Assembly (NCBI GenBank): GCA_002898375.1
Contig: BEIN01000012.1
Coordinates: 3,922-67,921 of the forward strand
Direction: 5' to 3'
From: a bacterium HR37
GTDB lineage: Bacteria; Desulfobacterota_D; UBA1144; Nemesobacterales; CSP1-2
Length of the DNA: 64,000 nt
Position numbers and translations under genes: made by a program
Shown: positions 49,715 through 59,844 of the stretch, in pieces
Layout of the letters: each line of letters opens with the position of its first letter
Position numbering within the stretch: the first letter of the stretch is position 1
The notes under the pieces: generated by a model
What the model was told of the DNA's origin: nothing
Databases searched by the model: none
The model's input: only the letters and a program-made list of their open reading frames with translations

Positions 49715-50212
49715 GTGAGGCACACTATTTCGATTCTTGTGGATAACGAACCCGGGGTTCTTGCAAGAATTGCAGGGCTTTTTAGCGCAAGAGGATTTAA
49801 CATCGAAAGCCTCTGTGTTGCTGAAACCCTTGATCCAACGATGTCACGTATAACCCTGGTTACAAGCGGTGATGACTGGATAATAGAACAGATCATAAAG
49901 AGATTCAATAACATGATAAATGTTATAAAGGTCCAGGACCTTACCGAGTTTACACGTGTGGAAAGAGAGATGGTGCTTGTAAGGGTTGAGGCAACTCCAG
50001 AAACCAGGGCTGAGATTCTCCGGACTGCAGATATATTTAGAGCAAAGGTTGTGGATGTAGGCCCAAAGACCTATATGCTTGAGCTTACGGGGGATCAGGA
50101 TAAGATAGATGCCTTTTTGGAGATATTAAAACCACTGGGGATAAGGGAGATTGCTAGAACCGGGACTGTGGCCCTTGCAAGGGAACTTCAAAACAGCAAT
50201 AAGAGGAGATAG
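49715..50212 (+). CDS. ilvN: Acetolactate synthase small subunit
   Basis: VDNEPGVLARIAGLFSARGFNIESL, EIARTG. Confidence 0.96.
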   Translation: MRHTISILVDNEPGVLARIAGLFSARGFNIESLCVAETLDPTMSRITLVTSGDDWIIEQIIKRFNNMINVIKVQDLTEFTRVEREMVLVRVEATPETRAEILRTADIFRAKVVDVGPKTYMLELTGDQDKIDAFLEILKPLGIREIARTGTVALARELQNSNKRR

Positions 50213-51231
<1,019 letters not shown>

Positions 51232-51232
<1 letters not shown>

Positions 51233-51888
51233 TGAAAACTCCAAGAGCGAAGGTAGCTGTTGAGGGGCTTCCCTATATAGGTTTATTTGGATTTCTTGCC
51301 TGGGTTACAGCATTCCTTGGTTTTAAGCTCCTCTCGGTGCTTCTGGGTATAGTAACCCTTTTTTTTGCATATTTTTTTAGAGATCCTGATAGAGAGATAC
51401 CTAAGGACCCATTTGCCGTGGTTTCTCCTGCTGATGGAAAGGTAGTAGATATTGAAAAGGCTATCGAGGGGGAGTTCCTTAACCAGGAGATGAGAAAAAT
51501 TGGTATCTTTCTATCCATTACCGACTGTCATGTAAACCGCTTTCCCGTTTCGGGAAGGGTGGTGGGCACGAAGTATATACCTGGCAGGTTCTTTAAAGCT
51601 TATCTCCACAGGGCATCCAGTGAGAACGAGAGGTTTGCCACCTTAATAGAGCTTGAAGGCGGTAGAGGGCAGATTGTGATTGTTCAGGTAGCTGGTTTCA
51701 TAGCAAGAAGGATAGTCTCTTACCTGAGTTTGGGAGATTTTGTCGAAAAGGGTGAGAGATTTGGTATGATTAAATTTGGTTCGAGAGTTGACCTCTATCT
51801 CCCAGTTGGGTGTGAGATTGCGGTATCCGTTGGAGATAGGGTTAAGGGTGGTGAAACAATAGTTGGATGGTTGAGACAGGGAGATTAA
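51232..51888 (+). CDS. psd: Phosphatidylserine decarboxylase proenzyme
   Basis: FFRDPDR, SPADG, HVNR, GMIKFGSRVD cleavage motif; TGATG coupling with ilvC. Confidence 0.93.
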
Positions 51889-51890
51889 AG

Positions 51891-52703
51891 ATGAGAAGAA
51901 AAAAAACAAGAAGGCAGAGTTTAATACCACTTCTGCCCAATCTTCTTACAACAGGCAACCTTTTTTTTGGTTTGTTATCCATAATGACTTCTATACAGAT
52001 TGTGGCTTTGCGTGGATTGGGGGATGTTTCTGGTGAATGGGTTTATAGAAAATTCTGGTGGGCTTCAGCTTTTATAGCGATTGCTGCGGTCCTTGATTTC
52101 TTTGATGGAAAACTGGCAAGGGCACTTAAATCTGAAACCAGTTTTGGCCTATCGTACGATTCGCTCTCTGATCTGGTCTCTTTTGGTGTTGCTCCTGGAG
52201 TGCTTATGTATAGCTGGGTTCTTATTGATTCTGGAAAACTTGGACTCATGGTGGTTTTGTTCTATATAGTGTGCACTGCATTAAGGTTGGCAAGGTTTAA
52301 TGTTCAATCAAAGACGGTTGAGAAATTCGGTTTTAAAGGGCTTCCAAGCCCCATGGCTGCCGGGCTTGTTTACTCTCCAATCATGCTTTTTTCTGCGATT
52401 CTAAGTTCACCCGATGAAAAGGTAATGTGGTTCTATCTTGTGGTTGCTCCCTTTGCCGGCCTTCTCATGGTAAGTGATATTCCGTATTGGAAGTATCCCA
52501 GATTTAGGTTCTGGGGGCCTTTTAATGCTCTGGTTGTTGCCTCAATAATTATTACTGCGGTTGTTACCAATCCTGAAATAGCCATAATCTCTGTAGTCTA
52601 TCTATACTGCTTGCTTGGATTGGTTTTTTATCTGATAAGGCAGTTAAGGAAGAAAACAGCCCCCGTGGTAGATGAGCTCGAATCCAGAGAAACTCATTTA
52701 TAG
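51891..52703 (+). CDS. pssA: CDP-diacylglycerol--serine O-phosphatidyltransferase
   Basis: PNLLT, DFFDGKLAR...DSLSDLVSFGVAP, RLARFN. Confidence 0.93.
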   Translation: MRRKKTRRQSLIPLLPNLLTTGNLFFGLLSIMTSIQIVALRGLGDVSGEWVYRKFWWASAFIAIAAVLDFFDGKLARALKSETSFGLSYDSLSDLVSFGVAPGVLMYSWVLIDSGKLGLMVVLFYIVCTALRLARFNVQSKTVEKFGFKGLPSPMAAGLVYSPIMLFSAILSSPDEKVMWFYLVVAPFAGLLMVSDIPYWKYPRFRFWGPFNALVVASIIITAVVTNPEIAIISVVYLYCLLGLVFYLIRQLRKKTAPVVDELESRETHL

Positions 52704-52755
52704 CTTGTATTTAACTTTTTTCTTTTAAGTAAGTAGTCCTCTTAGGAGACAAAGC

Positions 52756-55455
52756 ATGCGTTATTTACTAGGCTTTCTCTCAGGTATAATGATACTCACA
52801 CATTCAATGGAGTACAGGTCGATGGGTATTGAGAGAAGCAAAGATAGGTTTGAAGGTGTAATGTTAGTTGAGGATAAACTTGGTGTTACAAAGCTAAGAC
52901 TTGAGAATGGTCTTACTGTTCTTCTTGAAGAAAACCATTCCGCTCCCGTTGTTTCTGTAAATGTCTGGGTTAAGGTGGGAAGCGTTTGTGAGCAGGAAGG
53001 AGAATATGGGCTTGCCCATGTTCACGAACATATGGTCTTTAAGGGAACGGAGAAGAGAAGCGTTGGGGAGATAGCAAGGGTTATTGAGGGTGATGGAGGC
53101 GATATAAACGCTTTTACCTCCTTTACACAGACCGTCTATTATGTAACCATAGCCAGCAGGTTTCTTGATACGGCACTCGATGTCCTTTCAGATGCTATGG
53201 GCAATGCCACTTTTGATGCAGGTGAGCTCAGGAAAGAGCTTGAGGTTATACTTGAGGAGATAAGGCGGGGTGAGGATATTCCCTCAAGGGTACTCAGTGA
53301 GAGGTTGTTTGCAGAGGCCTACAGGGTTCATCCTTTTAGAAGACCGATTATAGGAACCAGGGAAAGCGTTAGCAGTTTTACCCGTGAAAAGGTACTCAAT
53401 TTCTATAGAAAGTGGTATTCACCAAACAATATGGTGCTTGTTGTGGTTGGTGATTTTGATACCGGTAAGGTTATACCAAAGATAAAAGAGATGTTTGGAA
53501 CTCTAAAACCAAAGCCTGTTCCCGATTGCAGGGTTCCACAGGAACCACCTCAAAATGAGCTAAGACCGTTTGTGTTTGATAAGGCTGTCCAGGAAGGATA
53601 CTTTTCCCTTGCCTTTCATATTCCGGATGTAAGACATGAGGATTCTCCGGTTCTAGATGTAATAGCACACATACTTGGTGGTGGAGAAAGCTCAAGACTC
53701 TACAGGAGAGTAAAGGAGGATAAGGGGCTTGTAACAAGAATCTACAGCTATTCGTTTACCCCAAAGTATCCCGGTCTCTTTGTTGTTGGTGGAACGCTTG
53801 ATCCCGACAAAGCCAGTAGTGCTCTCTCTGAAATCCTTAAGGAAACATACCGTTTAAAATACGAACCTGTTAGCCTGGAAGAACTTTCAAGAGCAAAGGT
53901 TAACATAGAAAGTGAGTCCATATATTCTAAGGAGACAGTACAGGGACAGGCTCAGAAATTGGGATATTACGAGGTTGAAGCTGGTGATTACAAGTATGAA
54001 AGTGAGTACCTGTGGAGAATATCACAGGTTACACAGGAAGATATAATAAGGGTTGCCAGAAAGTATTTTAAGAACACCAACCTTACAGCTGGTTTTCTGT
54101 TACCTACCGGACAGCAAACGATAAAGGAAGAGGATATAGTTGAGATTGCGCGTTCTTCTTCAGAGGCAATTGAGAGGGAGTTTAAAGCCTTATTGGTGTC
54201 TCCATCAAGTGAGGTAAAGAGGGTTGTTCTAGAAAACGGTATTACCGTCCTTATAAAGGAGAACCATTCTGTTCCGCTTTTTGCTGCCCGTGCTGTTTTT
54301 CTAGGAGGAACCAGATTCGAAGACGAAAAAACAAACGGTATCTTTAACTTCTTATCCGAGATGTTTACACGTGGCACCGAAAAAAGAAGCACTGAGGACA
54401 TTGCACGTGAGATAGAATCAATTGCAGGTGAGGTAAGTGGTTTCTCCGGAAGGAATAGCTTTGGTGTGACTGTAGAGGCTCTTAGCAGAAACTTCGATAA
54501 GGCCATGGATATATTTGCAGATGTTATACTCAATCCGTCCTTTAAACCTGAGGAGGTTGAGCGGGCACGAAGGGACATACTATCCGATATAAACCGTGAA
54601 GCGGATAACCCGGTAAAGGTAGCTGTAAATCTCTTCCTGGAAACCTTATATAAGAAGCACCCATACAGGTTTAATATCCTTGGTACCAAGGACACTGTAA
54701 GCAGGATAACAAGGGATGAGTTGGTTTCTTTCTACAGAAGGTATGTCCGTCCAGAAAACATGGTTATAGCTGTTGTAGGAGATGTTGGGGAAAAAGATGT
54801 ATTGAGTGTGGTGGATAAGTATTTTAAACACATGGAAAAGGGTCATTTTAAACCTCCTGCAGTAAGCCCTGAGCCACCTCCAGATAGTGTAAGGGTAGGG
54901 GTAGTTAAACAGAAGGACAAGGCTCAAACCCATATAATACTTGGTTTTCAGGCACCCACTATTAAAGACCCTGATCAGTATCCTTTTGAGGTTTTAAATG
55001 CGGTTCTTGCAGGTCAGGGAGGAAGGCTTTTTATAGAGCTTAGAGATAAAAGAAGCCTTGCTTACTCTGTTACTTCTTTTCTTAACTTTGGGCTGGAGCC
55101 GGGTTTCTTTGGAGTCTACATAGGGTGTGCTCCGGAAAAAGAAGAAGAGGCTATCTCCGGTATAAAAGAGCAGCTCTCTTTGATTCTAAAAGAAGGTATT
55201 ACTCCAGATGAGTTAAAACGTGCTCAGAACTACCTTGTAGGAAACTTTGAAATAGGTCTTCAGCAGAACTCCTCTCAGGCTGCAAAAATCGCCTTTGATG
55301 AGCTCTATGGAGTAGGATGGGATGAATACAAGAAGTATCCGGAGAAGATATACTCGGTAACTAGAGAAGATGTACTTAGAGTAGCAAGAAAGTATATAGA
55401 CCTCAACAAATATGCTATTGCTATAGTGAGACCGGAAGAAGAGGGAAATCTCTGA
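52756..55455 (+). CDS. M16 family zinc metallopeptidase (tandem fused halves)
   Basis: AHVHEHMVFKGT (HxxEH), NAFTS; second half lacks the metal site and carries ELRDKRSLAY; true start probably downstream (52807-52861). Confidence 0.92.
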   Translation: MRYLLGFLSGIMILTHSMEYRSMGIERSKDRFEGVMLVEDKLGVTKLRLENGLTVLLEENHSAPVVSVNVWVKVGSVCEQEGEYGLAHVHEHMVFKGTEKRSVGEIARVIEGDGGDINAFTSFTQTVYYVTIASRFLDTALDVLSDAMGNATFDAGELRKELEVILEEIRRGEDIPSRVLSERLFAEAYRVHPFRRPIIGTRESVSSFTREKVLNFYRKWYSPNNMVLVVVGDFDTGKVIPKIKEMFGTLKPKPVPDCRVPQEPPQNELRPFVFDKAVQEGYFSLAFHIPDVRHEDSPVLDVIAHILGGGESSRLYRRVKEDKGLVTRIYSYSFTPKYPGLFVVGGTLDPDKASSALSEILKETYRLKYEPVSLEELSRAKVNIESESIYSKETVQGQAQKLGYYEVEAGDYKYESEYLWRISQVTQEDIIRVARKYFKNTNLTAGFLLPTGQQTIKEEDIVEIARSSSEAIEREFKALLVSPSSEVKRVVLENGITVLIKENHSVPLFAARAVFLGGTRFEDEKTNGIFNFLSEMFTRGTEKRSTEDIAREIESIAGEVSGFSGRNSFGVTVEALSRNFDKAMDIFADVILNPSFKPEEVERARRDILSDINREADNPVKVAVNLFLETLYKKHPYRFNILGTKDTVSRITRDELVSFYRRYVRPENMVIAVVGDVGEKDVLSVVDKYFKHMEKGHFKPPAVSPEPPPDSVRVGVVKQKDKAQTHIILGFQAPTIKDPDQYPFEVLNAVLAGQGGRLFIELRDKRSLAYSVTSFLNFGLEPGFFGVYIGCAPEKEEEAISGIKEQLSLILKEGITPDELKRAQNYLVGNFEIGLQQNSSQAAKIAFDELYGVGWDEYKKYPEKIYSVTREDVLRVARKYIDLNKYAIAIVRPEEEGNL

Positions 55456-55458
55456 TTC

Positions 55459-55734
55459 TTACACAACGATTACATCATCTTGTAGTACCCTCTTTACTGT
55501 TCCAAGCCTCTCAATCTTTTGAAGGCATCTGGGACAGAGTTCATAGAAGATTACGCTGTCTTCTTTTTTTATTATCTTCTCAACCTTTCTTTTCATTATA
55601 AGCAGGTTTGTATCACTAAGCCTACATTCAAAGACGCTTAGTTGCACAGGGGTTCCAAAACCCTCAAGGGTTTTAAACAGTTTTAACCTCCTCTTATCAT
55701 CTGTTATGTCGTAGGCAAGAACTATGTTTCTCAT
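55459..55734 (-). CDS. cas2: CRISPR-associated endoribonuclease Cas2
   Basis: LAYDITDDKRR, VQLSVFEC, DSVIFYELC. Confidence 0.95.
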   Translation of the reverse strand: MRNIVLAYDITDDKRRLKLFKTLEGFGTPVQLSVFECRLSDTNLLIMKRKVEKIIKKEDSVIFYELCPRCLQKIERLGTVKRVLQDDVIVV

Positions 55735-57347
55735 CTAAGTGCAAAGGGTATGTATTCCTCTATCTCTCCCTTTATGAACTTGGCAAGGAGCCTTGCTTGT
55801 ATCTCAAATGCCCTGCGATAGCTTACCCGGTACTCAAAGATAGGATGCAGTATCTCAGATTGAATTTTTCCTATATAGGCCTTAAAGAAGGTTTCTCTAC
55901 CCTTTTCCTGTATGTATATGCCACCGAATCTTTCTTTAAAATCCTCTTTTGTAAACATGTTTCTGTTAAGAACGGATAAAACAAGTGAGTCCACTATTAC
56001 CGGACGAAACTCCTCCATCAGATCAAGTGCAAGGGCTGGTCTTCCATATCTTGTGGAGTGAAGAAAACCAATGTAGGGGTCAAACCCCACGGTGGATACG
56101 GTTGATATAAAATTACCCACAAGAAGACTATATCCGAAGCTAAGAAGGGCATTTACCGGGTCTCTAGGTGGTCGTTTTGTTCTCTTCTCAAAATCAAAGT
56201 CAAGCTTTGGTTTTAATAGCTTTCCAAATACTCTAAAGTAGTCTCTTGTTGCAATCCCTTCAAGACCAAGGAGTTCTTCTTTATCTCCTGCATCGGGTAT
56301 CCTGGTAATAACATTTTTAATCCGAATGCATGCTTCATCTATCTCTCTGTCCCCAAATTCCCTGTTTTGTCTTAGTAGAAGAGTTCGCATGTTAAGTAGC
56401 TTTCCCTTTACAAAGGACTTTGATACCTCTAGGGTAAAATCCCTGTCTATATGTCTTCTGTACTGCTCGATCCTCAAAAGAGAGTTTTTGTTCTCTTCGG
56501 GAACAAATTTACCCTCAAATCTACCGAATGTGGATTGATATACTATATCAACATTAAGCCTTAGGAGGAACTTTAGGGCTTGTGTGGATATGTTTGCGTT
56601 TGCTGATATAATTAACTGCCTAAGATAAGAGGCGGGTATCTCTGTTATAACTTTTCCGTCTTTAGTAACCGTAATCTTCCCTCCTCTCTTACCGATATAA
56701 GCACCGTGTTCGTCCACATAGAGGACTCTTCCGGTGTTGAGTTCGGTTATAATGCGTTTTGGTTTTTCCCCTTTTTCCTTAATAAACCTGGTTTCAAAGG
56801 GAAGGCATACAGAAAGCAGAGAACAACCATGACATCGTGTGTCTGCAACGGGTTCAGGGATCTCACCTCTGTAGAGTATTTCCCTGGCTTTATCTATTGC
56901 CTCAATGGATTTGTTTCTGAGTTCCTGACTAAATTCTACCCTTCTTCTTACCCTAGATGAGTAGTAGTATATGTATCCATATTGAACCGTTTTCCCCACG
57001 TGTTCTTCTAAAAGAAGTGCCTCAAGACAGAGTTGAACATCGTCTGAAAGGCTCTCCTTTAGGTATCCCCTTTTATACTCTATTGGGTAGATTTCTCCGT
57101 CATTTTCAACAGCATCAAGAACCCCAATTATACCAAGCCTTTCAGAAGAGAGGGTTATTTCTTTAACCTGTAGTTTTTCCTGTGTTCTAAGCCTTTCTCT
57201 TTCTTTTCTCTTCTCATCCTTAATGTTTCCTTCCACTACAAATCTGTTTACTGTGTTTTCTCCTTCGCATGCCCGATAGTAAAAGTTTCTTGGACAGAAT
57301 ACAAGCTCTGCAACCAGTGATACCGGTATAAGCTCATCCCACATCAT
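55731..57347 (-). CDS. cas4-cas1: Cas4-Cas1 fusion protein
   Basis: N-terminal Cas4: FCPR, D...EYKRG, CHGCSLLSVC; C-terminal Cas1: LGLEG, RPPRDPVNALLSFGY, GFLH, LALDLMEEFRP. Confidence 0.93.
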   Translation of the reverse strand: MMWDELIPVSLVAELVFCPRNFYYRACEGENTVNRFVVEGNIKDEKRKERERLRTQEKLQVKEITLSSERLGIIGVLDAVENDGEIYPIEYKRGYLKESLSDDVQLCLEALLLEEHVGKTVQYGYIYYYSSRVRRRVEFSQELRNKSIEAIDKAREILYRGEIPEPVADTRCHGCSLLSVCLPFETRFIKEKGEKPKRIITELNTGRVLYVDEHGAYIGKRGGKITVTKDGKVITEIPASYLRQLIISANANISTQALKFLLRLNVDIVYQSTFGRFEGKFVPEENKNSLLRIEQYRRHIDRDFTLEVSKSFVKGKLLNMRTLLLRQNREFGDREIDEACIRIKNVITRIPDAGDKEELLGLEGIATRDYFRVFGKLLKPKLDFDFEKRTKRPPRDPVNALLSFGYSLLVGNFISTVSTVGFDPYIGFLHSTRYGRPALALDLMEEFRPVIVDSLVLSVLNRNMFTKEDFKERFGGIYIQEKGRETFFKAYIGKIQSEILHPIFEYRVSYRRAFEIQARLLAKFIKGEIEEYIPFALR

Positions 57348-57958
57348 GACTCTCTGTATGTTCTTTTTACAGAAGGTATTTTTGAGTATCTGCCTTTCTC
57401 AAAGTGAAATAGCTCAATATTGTAGTGTGATAGCCCTATAAGCTGTCCTAACTGAAACCCAAGAACAACTGGCATTGATAGAAACAGTTGAATTTTTGGG
57501 CCCTTGTGTACGGTGTTTATTGTTCTAACAAAGTTCCACACCCTTTTTGCAATTGTGGGAAAAGCGGTTAGTGGTATCTCTTCTACATGGGAGATCAGGT
57601 ATTCTACGGGTCTTTCAAGCTGTATTCTTACGTCTTCTTCAATCTTTCTGGAGAATTCTACAACAAGTGTTATATCGTTTTCCAAAGCAGCTTTTTTAAT
57701 GTAGTTGTTTATCGCCGTTATATCGTTGTTTTGGATGAACTCTTTATAAGCACACATAAGGTCGTTTCCAAGCTCTCCTTTAAGTGATATCAAGGGTAAG
57801 GAGGGTGTTTTATCTCTGGTGTTGGTATCTTTTTTCTGATTCGCCAAGGATAGAGAACCTCTTCTTCTCACTCCTTTATTTACAGCAATCTGTATGACTT
57901 TCCCAAAGATAAGTCCAGAGACGCTTTCCAGTAAGGAGGTTGCAAGTATCTCAATCAT
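57344..57958 (-). CDS. Stand-alone SAVED-domain protein with N-terminal hydrophobic helix
   Basis: C-terminal IQLFLSMPVVLGFQLGQ...IELFHFEKGRY matches the SAVED C-terminal motif; no catalytic domain seen; ATGA overlap with cas4-cas1. Confidence 0.7.
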   Translation of the reverse strand: MIEILATSLLESVSGLIFGKVIQIAVNKGVRRRGSLSLANQKKDTNTRDKTPSLPLISLKGELGNDLMCAYKEFIQNNDITAINNYIKKAALENDITLVVEFSRKIEEDVRIQLERPVEYLISHVEEIPLTAFPTIAKRVWNFVRTINTVHKGPKIQLFLSMPVVLGFQLGQLIGLSHYNIELFHFEKGRYSKIPSVKRTYRES

Positions 57959-58056
57959 GGTAAACGTTTTTTTCTCTTTTGGGTAATCTTAAAACAGTTA
58001 GGGATTTGGTTAAAGGTAGAGCAACCTTTCAGAAATATTTCAGATTATTTGGTTAG

Positions 58057-59139
58057 CTAAGTAAGGACTACAGGCCTTATCTTGCTTCTGTCAATGTGAA
58101 TTCCGTATCTTGTATGGCCATAAACTCTTTTTTGCCCTAATGGGGTTATTTTGTAATATATTGCTATCTTTTTATCATCAAGGGCATTTTCTATAGCCCT
58201 GTTAATCTTACTTATATCCTGGAGTAGATTCTCTGTAGAGAATTTATATCTTCTGAGATCAGCATCTGGTATCATGCTTTTTATATAAGACTTAATATCA
58301 TCCAGGTTGTTTTTTATCGAGTGTGTTCCTTTAAGTGCCTGAAAGCACTCTTCTTCGCTCATGTTAAGTCTTCTCTGTACGAAGTAGGTGTATAGAGCCA
58401 GGAGTTTGGGATTTAGTTTTATTTCCCTATTTCCAATTAGCAATCTCCTATTTTTGAGATCAACTTGAAGGGAGTACAGTGAGGGGCTTATATCTATTTC
58501 CCTCTGGGCTATCTTAACCAGTTCACTGAACGAGAATTTTTCAGAACCAAACAGATTGTCTAGCTTCCCTCTTAACCTTACGTAAGGAATCTCAGCTAGG
58601 TGAATGGGTGCTTTTTCTCTTCTTGATTTTGATGGATAAAAGAAGCTCTTGTTCTGTTCCAGTTTTTCATCTACAAGGACATGTGAGAGAGTATCTTCCT
58701 TTCTTCCAAACAGCATAAGGGCATAGGCAAGGTAGATAGACATTGTTTTTCTTCCTCCTGCAATGGAGCAGTGAAGAATGACATCTGGATCTTTTGTCTT
58801 TTCTTTTATAAACTCTGTAATCTGGTCCGCAACCAGCTCATTATCTTTTACGGTGCGTATATCCTTAAGTGGTTTTCCTTTTGAGTCTTTAAGCAGTATT
58901 ATGGAATCTTCACCAAATTGGATTGATGATGGAGTTATACCATATTCTTTACAGAATGATAAAAGCATCTTTTTGTTGATGAGTTTATCTACAACCTCTT
59001 TTTTCCCGTTTAAAGTTGTTATGACAATGATTCTTGATATTCTGGCAGGAGGTTTCTTTATTTGGGTAAGGTAGTATAGTGTTTCTGTTATAACTTGAGG
59101 ATTAAGTCCAGCAACTGCGACGAGTATTTCCTCTTTCAT
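58057..59139 (-). CDS. CARF protein (NE0113 family) with C-terminal winged helix
   Basis: AVAGLNPQVITETLY; SIAGGRKTMS; LSHVLV; IPYVRLR; tail VDLKNRRLLIGNREIKLNPK...DISKINRAI resembles OmpR-type wHTH. Confidence 0.85.
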   Translation of the reverse strand: MKEEILVAVAGLNPQVITETLYYLTQIKKPPARISRIIVITTLNGKKEVVDKLINKKMLLSFCKEYGITPSSIQFGEDSIILLKDSKGKPLKDIRTVKDNELVADQITEFIKEKTKDPDVILHCSIAGGRKTMSIYLAYALMLFGRKEDTLSHVLVDEKLEQNKSFFYPSKSRREKAPIHLAEIPYVRLRGKLDNLFGSEKFSFSELVKIAQREIDISPSLYSLQVDLKNRRLLIGNREIKLNPKLLALYTYFVQRRLNMSEEECFQALKGTHSIKNNLDDIKSYIKSMIPDADLRRYKFSTENLLQDISKINRAIENALDDKKIAIYYKITPLGQKRVYGHTRYGIHIDRSKIRPVVLT

Positions 59140-59353
59140 CGTTTTCTTTTAACCTTAGTCTGAACCTTTCTCTGTTCTACTATATTTAAACCAGAAAGAT
59201 AACTCATTCAACCTGTAAATACTATTATGTATAACCTTAAATTTTACCTCTTCTTTTCTAAACCAAGCCCGTTTAAATTCCAAGAAAAACATGATCAAGC
59301 ACTCTCTCTATACCCGAGCTGAATGCTGAAGCCTTTCTATGCATTTAAACTGT

Positions 59354-59375
59354 TATACCTGTTGCAACAGGTATA
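59354..59375. promoter_or_regulatory. Perfect 22-bp palindrome, candidate operator
   Basis: TATACCTGTTGCAACAGGTATA is fully self-complementary with no loop; lies upstream of the CARF-wHTH/SAVED/cas4-cas1/cas2 genes. Confidence 0.55.
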
Positions 59376-59465
59376 TAGGTTCAAACCGTCAAGTAGTATA
59401 TAGGATTTCAACTTATTTTATAGGTTCCCGTATCAGGTTTGATAAGACTGATATTGCATAAATGC

Positions 59466-59633
59466 TTAAAGCGTTATTCGTCCTCTCCCAAAAATAAGAG
59501 ATATTACAAATAAGACCAGGAAAAGTATAAATAGAATCTTTGCAATACCTGCTGCGGTGCCTGCAATACCACTGAATCCTAAAACTCCTGCGACCAATGC
59601 TATAATTAAAAAAACTGCTGCCCATCCCAGCAT
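59466..59633 (-). CDS. DUF1328 (UPF0391/YtjA-like) small membrane protein, 55 aa
   Basis: [64 protein letters not shown]; track ORF 59413-59625 is the wrong frame. Confidence 0.9.
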   Translation of the reverse strand: MLGWAAVFLIIALVAGVLGFSGIAGTAAGIAKILFILFLVLFVISLIFGRGRITL

Positions 59634-59844
59634 TTATCCTACCTCCTTTTTATTACCCGAAAGCGGGTTTAACCCGTTTTATACATAAACCTCTTCCTAT
59701 AGTCTCACGAATAGTTCCTCCTGTCAATAAAAATTTGCTCTCCAATGGGTCTGTGTTTGTTAAAATAAGCTTTTTACCTTAATGAGGACTGTGAATATTT
59801 CCCAAAGGAATTACAACCTGAAGCAAATGTACCCTTTGGTGAGA

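Noticed and set aside
59791..59820. TTTCCCAAAGGAATTAC resembling a decayed twelfth repeat
   Set aside because: Low identity, and the offset of about 54 bp is out of register with the array period.
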